A stretch of 64,000 bases of DNA from positions 1 to 64,000 of the forward strand of contig CAVUDW010000002.1 in NCBI GenBank assembly GCA_963740355.1, given 5' to 3'. This stretch comes from an uncultured Gemmatimonadaceae bacterium (lineage in GTDB: Bacteria; Gemmatimonadota; Gemmatimonadetes; Gemmatimonadales; Gemmatimonadaceae). Shown one piece after another: positions 57,430 through 64,000 of the stretch. The notes beneath the pieces are model-generated. The model was given only the letters and a program-made list of their open reading frames with translations, was not told the origin of the DNA and made no database searches. The number at the start of each line of letters is the position of its first letter. Position 1 is the stretch's first letter. The position numbers and the translations under genes are program-made.

Positions 57430-58736
57430 GCGTCAGGGCTCCACTGCCGCGCAGTGGCGGCGTGATTGGGCAGTCCTTCGCTGTCGGCGAAACGTCCGAC
57501 ATCGAGCGAGAGTGCAGCGGCGGCCGCAGGGGTCACGCGCTGCCACGAGGTCCAGCGAATGAAGTCGAGCGTGGAGAGGCCGGAGTAGCAGCGTGACAGG
57601 CCGCCCGTGGGTAGCACGTGATTCGCGCCCGTCATGTAGTCGCCGAAGGCCACACTGGCCGTCTCGCCGATGAAGACGGTGCCAGCACCACGGAGCGACG
57701 CGAACGCGGAATCGAGTGAACTCGGCGCCAAGGCGAGCAGGAGATGTTCTGCCGCCCACTCATTGGCGAATGCCACGGCCTCGTCCAGCGTCTCGCAGTG
57801 CACCACTCCGCCAGCGAACGCGAACGAATCGGTGATGATCGTGCGACGGTCCACTGCGGGCAGCATCCGCGCGACTGCGGCGCTGATCGCTGCTGCCACC
57901 TCGGCGCCGATGGCGACGCAGACGACCGCAGCGCGTGGATCATGTTCGGCCTGCGCCAGCATTTCACGCGCAACGATGTCAGGATCCGCCGCCCCATCGG
58001 CGATGACGAGCAATTCGCTCGGCCCCGCTGGCGAATCGATGGCCACGGCACCGGCGCACTGCAACTTCGCCTCGGCGACCCAGGCATTCCCGGGGCCCAC
58101 GATCCGATCCACGCGCGGCACTGACTCTGTGCCATGCGCCATCGCGGCAATCGCACCGGCACCTCCAAGTGCGAAGACGCGATCGGCGCCAGCCAGCGCA
58201 GCGGCGGCAAGCACCACATCCGACGGTTGCCCGCTGGCAGTGGCGGGCGAACAGACGATCACATCGCGCACCCCAGCGACCTTGGCCGGCACCACACCCA
58301 TGATGAGCGAGCTGGGATAGGCCGCCCGTCCGCCCGGTGCGTAGACGCCGACCCTCTGCAGTGGGTCGGGACGACGTCCGACCACGACGCCAGGCTCGGT
58401 CTCGGTTTCGACGGCCACGGGCAGGAACGCGCTGTGGGCGGCGCGCACGTTGCGCACTGTGCGTTCGAGCGCTGCGCGGAGCGGTGGCTGCATGGCATCG
58501 AGTGCCCGCGTCCAGTCGGCGCGGGGCACTTCCAGTGTCTCGAGCGTCGCACCATCGAACTGTGCGGCCATCTCACGGAGTGCCGCATCACCATCGCGCT
58601 GCACGCGCTGAATGATGGCCGCGGTGGCGCTGCGCACCGTGTCATCCGCTGACGTCGAGCGGTTGAACATGGTACGGCGATCGGTCGTCGTCAGCGCCGC
58701 AACGGCGCCGGTGAAGCGAAAGATTGGCGCGCTCAT
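57426..58736 (-). CDS. hisD: Histidinol dehydrogenase
   Basis: YAPGG.AAYPSS, GPGNAWV..AK, AGPSE, QAEHD, GDY..G.NHVLPT. Confidence 0.96.
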   Translation of the reverse strand: MSAPIFRFTGAVAALTTTDRRTMFNRSTSADDTVRSATAAIIQRVQRDGDAALREMAAQFDGATLETLEVPRADWTRALDAMQPPLRAALERTVRNVRAAHSAFLPVAVETETEPGVVVGRRPDPLQRVGVYAPGGRAAYPSSLIMGVVPAKVAGVRDVIVCSPATASGQPSDVVLAAAALAGADRVFALGGAGAIAAMAHGTESVPRVDRIVGPGNAWVAEAKLQCAGAVAIDSPAGPSELLVIADGAADPDIVAREMLAQAEHDPRAAVVCVAIGAEVAAAISAAVARMLPAVDRRTIITDSFAFAGGVVHCETLDEAVAFANEWAAEHLLLALAPSSLDSAFASLRGAGTVFIGETASVAFGDYMTGANHVLPTGGLSRCYSGLSTLDFIRWTSWQRVTPAAAAALSLDVGRFADSEGLPNHAATARQWSPDA

Positions 58737-59590
58737 GGCATCAGTCGCTCGATGCGCGTGACCAGGATGCCCTGCCCACCCAACTGCTTCAGCAGGCCGA
58801 TGGTGCGGTAGATGGTGGCTGACGGCACGACGGCGTGCACCGCGACCATTTCGCCATGGTCCATGATGTCGATCACGGTGGGGCCGTTGATGCCAGGCAG
58901 GATGGCCTGCACTTCGGCGAGGCGAGCACGCGGCACGTTTGCCATCAGGTAGCGGCGGCTGCGGGCGCGGAGCACCGACGAGAGGGCGTCGACCAGTTCG
59001 TCGAGCTGTGCGCGTCGCACGTCGCCGGCCGCGACGGTGGTGATCATGCGGGCCGACGATTCGAGGACCGTCGCGACTTCGATCAACCCGTTCACCTTGA
59101 GGGTCGATCCCGTCGAGGTGAGGTCGACCACGATATCGGCGATGCCCAGATGTGGCGCGATTTCAGCCGCACCTGAGACCGGTACGATCTCGACCGGGAT
59201 GCCTGCGGCGGCGAAAAAGTTGGCGGTGATTCGCGGAAAGACCGTGGCCACGCGCGGCTTGCCGTGCAGGTCGCTGAGGGCGCGGATCCGGCTCTCTTCG
59301 CGCACCGCGACGACCAGCCGGCAGCGGCCGAATTCGAGATCGAGCAGTTCCTCGACGGTCCGGCCGGACTCGTTGACGAGGTCGACGCCGGTGATGCCGG
59401 CCTGGGCCGCGCCGTCGGCGACAAACTCTGGTATGTCAGCCGCGCGGACGAAAATTGCCTCGAACTCACCGCCGAGCGATGCGGTCAGTGCCCGTTCACC
59501 CTTGCCGCGGACTTCGAGGCCGGCATCGGTGAACAGCTCACGGGCGTCGTCGGAGAGGCGACCCTTGTTGGGGAGGGCTATGCGGAGCAT
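58733..59590 (-). CDS. hisG: ATP phosphoribosyltransferase, long form
   Basis: IALPNKGRL, DIP.FV, GITG.D, GAAE.AP, DLTSTGSTL, C-terminal regulatory domain. Confidence 0.96.
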   Translation of the reverse strand: MLRIALPNKGRLSDDARELFTDAGLEVRGKGERALTASLGGEFEAIFVRAADIPEFVADGAAQAGITGVDLVNESGRTVEELLDLEFGRCRLVVAVREESRIRALSDLHGKPRVATVFPRITANFFAAAGIPVEIVPVSGAAEIAPHLGIADIVVDLTSTGSTLKVNGLIEVATVLESSARMITTVAAGDVRRAQLDELVDALSSVLRARSRRYLMANVPRARLAEVQAILPGINGPTVIDIMDHGEMVAVHAVVPSATIYRTIGLLKQLGGQGILVTRIERLMP

Positions 59591-59613
59591 TCAGTGGTGA
59601 CGTGAGTGGGGAC

Positions 59614-59654
59614 AAAAAAGCGGCGGCCCGTCCAGAAACCGGACGGGCCGCCGC
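59614..59654 (-). terminator. his attenuator terminator
   Basis: 14-bp perfect stem GCGGCGGCCCGTCC/GGACGGGCCGCCGC plus T6, 23 nt upstream of hisG. Confidence 0.9.
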
Positions 59655-59679
59655 GTTGCACAGTGCCAGCGCGTTAGAG

Positions 59680-59763
59680 CTACGCGAAGCACCACACCCG
59701 GACGACGCCCGTCGGGCGGCGACCATGATGATGGTGGTGATGCTGGGCAGGTGCGCTGTGCAT
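59680..59763 (-). CDS. hisL: his operon leader peptide MHSAPAQHHHHHHGRRPTGVVRVWCFA
   Basis: Six consecutive His codons (CAT CAC CAC CAT CAT CAT) upstream of the terminator; absent from the ORF track. Confidence 0.9.
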   Translation of the reverse strand: MHSAPAQHHHHHHGRRPTGVVRVWCFA

Positions 59764-59770
59764 CCGGGGA

Positions 59771-59799
59771 ACTCTAGCGGGCCGGGGAGGAGTGGTCAA
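59771..59799 (-). promoter_or_regulatory. sigma70-type promoter of the his leader
   Basis: TTGACC-N17-TAGAGT, 7 nt before the leader ATG. Confidence 0.7.
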
Positions 59800-60043
59800 C
59801 GTTCGCTCCGGGGAATGCGCAATCAATGCAAATCGGGGAACGTGCGATCAACTCCGGTGTGTTCGTGACGTGTCGATGCGCTTCTCCCATATGGGTCTTC
59901 AGGACCCGGGGACTTGCCCTCGGCGCTAGGGGGCCTATGCTTCCCGCAGTTTCGAGGCGGAGTCCGGCACGAAACGGGGTAAGCCGTCGCTTGAATACCA
60001 GTGCATTTCTGTTCGATTATCACCGGCTACGAGGAGTTATTCC

Positions 60044-60544
60044 ATGCAGTTCAAGGTTCTGGCAGTTGCAACGAGCGCATTCGCGCTCGCAGCGTGTGGT
60101 GGTGGTGAGAAGAAGGCTGCTGATACGGCTGCCGCAGCTGCTCCGGCTGCTGCCGCTCCGGCCGCTGCAGCACCGGCCGCCGCTGGTGCAGTTGCCGCGT
60201 CGCCGATCACCGGCACGACGCATGAAGTGAAGATGATCGGTGACGAGAAGGGTTATCGCTTCGAGCCCGCCGCGATCACGATCAAGGCCGGCGACGGCAT
60301 CAAGTTCATCGACGTCAAGGGTGGCCCGCACAACGTCGCGATCGATCCGGCGTCGGCTGGCGCTTCGGCTGCACAGCTCACGGCCAACATGCCGGAAAGC
60401 ACGGGCGAACTGACGGGCAAGATGCTGGTGACGGATGGTGAGTCGTGGACCATGTCGTGGGGTGGCATCGCCGCCGGCACGTACACGGTGATCTGCACGC
60501 CGCACCAGGCCATGAACATGATCATGAAGGTCACTGTTCAGTAA
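60044..60544 (+). CDS. Plastocyanin/azurin-family blue copper lipoprotein
   Basis: LAAC lipobox, Ala/Pro linker, PHNV and CTPHQAMNM type-1 Cu ligands. Confidence 0.92.
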   Translation: MQFKVLAVATSAFALAACGGGEKKAADTAAAAAPAAAAPAAAAPAAAGAVAASPITGTTHEVKMIGDEKGYRFEPAAITIKAGDGIKFIDVKGGPHNVAIDPASAGASAAQLTANMPESTGELTGKMLVTDGESWTMSWGGIAAGTYTVICTPHQAMNMIMKVTVQ

Positions 60545-60565
60545 GCCACGTTTCACGTGTTGACG

Positions 60566-60603
60566 AGCGGCACCCGACTTCGGTCGGGTGCCGCTTTTCA
60601 TTT
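60566..60603 (+). terminator. Intrinsic terminator
   Basis: AGCGGCACCCGAC-TTCG-GTCGGGTGCCGCT then TTTCATTT. Confidence 0.85.
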
Positions 60604-60644
60604 GCGCCTCAGTTGCCGGCCCGAAGTCCGCTAGAATTACCACG

Positions 60645-62351
60645 GTGACTTCCGCCCCCGACACGTACACGCCATCGCCCCGTGGCCGATGGATGGCAGG
60701 CCGCGCGCGGAACATCGTGCATCGCAGCGGCGTGTTGTTCAGTGTGGGCGCGGTGACCTTTGCGATCGCGTTCGGATTGCTGCTCTGGTTCACGCGCGCA
60801 GAACGCGAAGCACTCCAGCGTGTGCCGGCACCCGCCGACACGATCGATCTCGCGCGCAAGGCCGCCAGCATGCGTCGACAGCAGTTCCGCGCCGACAGCA
60901 TCCTTGCAGAAGTGTTGCCACCGCGTCGCTACACACGCCGTGTGGCCGTGGCCGTCGATACGTCGATGGTCGTTGCGTCCGCAGATTCACAGCGCGTCGA
61001 CACGGCCACCACGGTGACTGAGGGTTCGACGCCGGTGGACCCCGCCGCGCCTGCGGCGATCGAGGGGCCGGTGATCCCTGATTCGATCAAGATCGCCGTC
61101 GCCGCGCTGTCGGCGCGCCTGACGCGTGCGCAGAATGCACCGCTCGCCGCATCATGGCGCTCCCTCGCTGCCGATCCGTTGCTGCAGCAGGACGCGCGCG
61201 TTCGCGCACTCGCCGATTCGCTGGTGGAAGCGGAAAAGTCACGCAACGAATACGACGCCGTCGGTGGCGTGGATCCGATCTATCTCGAGCTGTCCAGTCG
61301 CGTGACCGCCTTCGGCCGCGCCATCGAACGCAGTGCGTTGCAGCGCATCGCCACGCTGCTGACCCCTGAATCGACGACCGGACCGGTGGTGACGCAGCGC
61401 GTCGGGCCCAGCGCCGAGGAAATTGCGCGACGCTTCGTGGCCGACTCGGCGCGGTACGTGACAGCCCGTGCACGACGCGATGCCGCAGCGCGAGTCTCTG
61501 ATTCCGTGTCGGCGTTGCTGGCGGCGCAACGCGATGCCGCGCTGCAGCGGGACTCATCACGCGCACGCGCGCAGCGTCGAGTGGATGCATTGGCACCGCC
61601 ACTGGCGATGCTCACGGCCAGTGCTGCCGCAGCCATCGGGCTGGCGTTGCTGGTCACGATCCTGCTCGAAGTCCGGTCACCACGCCTCGCCGATGATCGC
61701 GAGGTTGCGTCACAGGCGCGTGTGCCAGTGTTGCTCAGTATTCGCGCGACCGATGCCAGCACGCCCGACGCTCTTACCAGCGCCTTCAGCCAACTGGCGT
61801 TCGATCTCGAGGAGTTGCTGGGTGCGACACGAACCTTGATCGTGCTCAGTGACGATAGCGACCTCGCATCGCGGACCGCCGCGCGAATGGCCGAGCGACT
61901 GGGCTACGATGGGCGAAGTGTGCGGATCGTCTCGCCGCGCCAGGGCACGGCGCGCATGACGACACGGGTGCGGCGTCGCGCGACACCGACGGCCACGCAG
62001 GCGGTGCTGGTGCAACCGGAGCGCAATCAGGGCGTCGCCTGGACTGGCGAGTTTTTCCTGGCGGATGTGAGCGACGACACCATCACTGTTCGCGCCGGCA
62101 CCCTCGAAGATGTGCGGCCTGCGCTGGCGGCCGGCGCTGGTGATTCACAGGTGGTGCTGGTGGTGCGCATCGGCAGCACGCCGACCGCGTGGCTCACCAG
62201 GGCACGCGCCGAAATTCACAAGACGCGCGGGTCGTCGGCGCTCGGCGTCGTCATCTGGGCCCCGGACATCGAAGACAGCGACCCGATTCAGTTCGCCCTC
62301 GATACCGCCCTGAAACGCGCGCTCGACTCGGCGCCCGCGGCGTCGCGCTGA
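60645..62351 (+). CDS. Membrane protein with Wzc/GumC-like architecture and degenerate kinase domain
   Basis: TM, coiled coil, TM, then LEVRSPRL....VPVLLSI and VVLVVRIGST...ALGVVI; no Walker A. Confidence 0.55.
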   Translation: MTSAPDTYTPSPRGRWMAGRARNIVHRSGVLFSVGAVTFAIAFGLLLWFTRAEREALQRVPAPADTIDLARKAASMRRQQFRADSILAEVLPPRRYTRRVAVAVDTSMVVASADSQRVDTATTVTEGSTPVDPAAPAAIEGPVIPDSIKIAVAALSARLTRAQNAPLAASWRSLAADPLLQQDARVRALADSLVEAEKSRNEYDAVGGVDPIYLELSSRVTAFGRAIERSALQRIATLLTPESTTGPVVTQRVGPSAEEIARRFVADSARYVTARARRDAAARVSDSVSALLAAQRDAALQRDSSRARAQRRVDALAPPLAMLTASAAAAIGLALLVTILLEVRSPRLADDREVASQARVPVLLSIRATDASTPDALTSAFSQLAFDLEELLGATRTLIVLSDDSDLASRTAARMAERLGYDGRSVRIVSPRQGTARMTTRVRRRATPTATQAVLVQPERNQGVAWTGEFFLADVSDDTITVRAGTLEDVRPALAAGAGDSQVVLVVRIGSTPTAWLTRARAEIHKTRGSSALGVVIWAPDIEDSDPIQFALDTALKRALDSAPAASR

Positions 62352-62352
62352 G

Positions 62353-62787
62353 ATGTGGGCTGATCAGGTTCTCGCATTCGAGCGGGCACATCTTGCCCGC
62401 CTCTTGTTGTGGGGTGCGGCCAGCATCGTGACCGCGTTGGGTTGTTGGGCGTTCTGGCGTGCGAAACGGCTCGATGTCCCGCTGTTGAAGCACTTTGCGC
62501 TCCAGACTGGTGCGTGGGGCGCCATCGATTGTCTGCTCGCGCTCGCTGCACGCCCAGGGCTCGCGCTCCGCGACTACGACGGTGTTACCAGCCTCGATCG
62601 ATTCCTCTGGTTCAACTGTGGCCTCGATGTGGGGTATGTGGCGGTCGGTGTGACACTCGCGGTGTGTGGCTGGCGTCTGGCGCGTTCGCGGGGAATGCTC
62701 GGTGCGGGGCTCGGTGTCGGCATTCAGGGTGCGGCACTGCTGTTGCTCGACCTGCGTCTTGCGGCACTGCTTTCGCAGGCGCGGTGA
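62353..62787 (+). CDS. Hypothetical 4-TM membrane protein
   Basis: Hydrophobic helices with WG.ID, N.GLD.GY, G.G..IQG..LL..D pattern. Confidence 0.7.
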   Translation: MWADQVLAFERAHLARLLLWGAASIVTALGCWAFWRAKRLDVPLLKHFALQTGAWGAIDCLLALAARPGLALRDYDGVTSLDRFLWFNCGLDVGYVAVGVTLAVCGWRLARSRGMLGAGLGVGIQGAALLLLDLRLAALLSQAR

Positions 62788-62896
62788 AAATCACGGGATG
62801 CTCGTGCCGTAATACGCTTGCGCTGCGCCGCTGTCGACGAACAACTAGTTTCAGCGTCGCGACGATTTCTTCCTGCCTTCTGGCCACAGGCCTTTC

Positions 62897-63520
62897 ATGC
62901 GCGGATACTCCGACCGCATCAACCACGCGCTCGCCTTTGCTGCGAAGCACCATGACACCCAGGTGCGCAAAGGGCTCCGCATGCCGTACGTCACACACGC
63001 GGCCAACGTGGCCGTGATCCTCACGCACTACGGGTGTGATGAATCCGTGGTGGTGGCTGGTGTGCTGCACGACGTGATCGAGGACTGCGTACGCGACGGC
63101 TTCACGCCGGAAGACCTGTCCGATCGCATCGGCAACAAGTTTGGTTCGGATGTGCTGGAAACGGTGCTCTCGGTGACGCGTCGGCGGCTCGACGACGATG
63201 GTGTCGAGATGAGCAAGGACGACATGAAGAACGACTATCTCGCGCGGCTGGCGACGGCGTCGGAGGAGGCGCGGTGGGTGTGTGCGGCGCACAACATGCA
63301 CAACGCCGGCACGATCCTGGCCGACCTTCGCCGCACGATCGAGCCGGCCACGGTCTGGAGTCGGGGTGGCAACGGGCGCGACGGCACACTGCAGTGGTAT
63401 CGCGCCGTGCATGAACGGCTGCGCGCCGTTGGCTACGACGCGCCGATCATGGCGGAACTGGGCGAGATGGTCACGGAACTGGAAGCCGCACCGGCGGGCG
63501 ACGAACCCGCCGTGCGCTGA
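62897..63520 (+). CDS. HD-domain protein, RelA/SpoT hydrolase (Mesh1/SAH)-like
   Basis: A..FAA..H..Q.RK...PY..H, LHDVIED, FG..V...V..VT. Confidence 0.85.
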   Translation: MRGYSDRINHALAFAAKHHDTQVRKGLRMPYVTHAANVAVILTHYGCDESVVVAGVLHDVIEDCVRDGFTPEDLSDRIGNKFGSDVLETVLSVTRRRLDDDGVEMSKDDMKNDYLARLATASEEARWVCAAHNMHNAGTILADLRRTIEPATVWSRGGNGRDGTLQWYRAVHERLRAVGYDAPIMAELGEMVTELEAAPAGDEPAVR

Positions 63521-63530
63521 CCACCAGCCG

Positions 63531-64000
63531 TCAGACTCCAGCCGTCTCCGGCGCCGGATAGGTCCGCGCCACGTAGTCCTCGAGAATCTCGAGGAACTCG
63601 GCCACGATGCGATCGCCCTTCAGTGTGACCTTGAGCGAACCGTCGACATACACCGGCGCCTTCGGCTCCTCGAATGTGCCAGGCAGCGAAATGCCGATGT
63701 TCGCGTGCTTCGACTCGCCGGGCCCATTCACCACACATCCCATCACGGCAACACGCATCTCCTCGACACCGGGATGCTTGCCGCGCCAGATCGGCATCTG
63801 CTCGCGCAGGTAGCCCTGGATATCCTCGGCCATGCTCTGGAAGAACGTGGACGTGGTGCGCCCGCAGCCCGGGCAGGCCGTGACCTGCGGCGCAAAGCTG
63901 CGCAGGCCGAGTGACTGCAGGATCTGCTGGGCCACATGCACTTCTTCGGCGCGATCACCGCCAGGCTTCGGTGTCAGTGACACGCGAATGGTGTCGCCGA
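63531..64000 (-). CDS. ispG: HMBPP synthase, 3' part (5' end outside window)
   Basis: [29 protein letters not shown]. Confidence 0.95.
   Translation of the reverse strand, partial: GDTIRVSLTPKPGGDRAEEVHVAQQILQSLGLRSFAPQVTACPGCGRTTSTFFQSMAEDIQGYLREQMPIWRGKHPGVEEMRVAVMGCVVNGPGESKHANIGISLPGTFEEPKAPVYVDGSLKVTLKGDRIVAEFLEILEDYVARTYPAPETAGV

Noticed and set aside
60549..60564. Additional parS-like sequences (CGTTTCACGTGTTGAC; also a half site near 45320)
   Set aside because: Only one half matches the palindrome.

Overview
High-GC bacterial chromosome segment around the probable replication origin; a Gemmatimonadota-like lineage is my impression only. The core is yidC-yidD-rnpA-rpmH <> dnaA-oriC-dnaN, followed by the RNase P RNA gene (rnpB), pyrE and polA. 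Further right lie a BMP/ABC nucleoside-type transporter operon, parAB with two parS sites, murB, and a complete his operon (hisG-D-C-H-A-B-F-N-IE) preceded by an unannotated His6 leader-peptide attenuator. The window also holds two M16 peptidase pairs and the 3' part of ispG. One IS3-family element sits between the inverted arms of a dispersed intergenic repeat family. Most coding content is housekeeping, and I found no CRISPR array, prophage or defence island. The most interesting signals are non-coding or translational: (1) an unassigned structured RNA candidate with its own terminator at 3372-3660, containing a long hairpin that folds best on the opposite strand; (2) a family of REP/REPIN-like repeats at four loci; (3) an rnpA whose conserved N-terminus has no canonical start codon; (4) a probably leaderless his attenuator, with several other leaderless-type starts; (5) a Wzc-like protein lacking kinase motifs. 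Two genes carry apparent 1-bp frameshifts that may be sequencing errors. All family assignments come from motif recognition by eye, not database searches.
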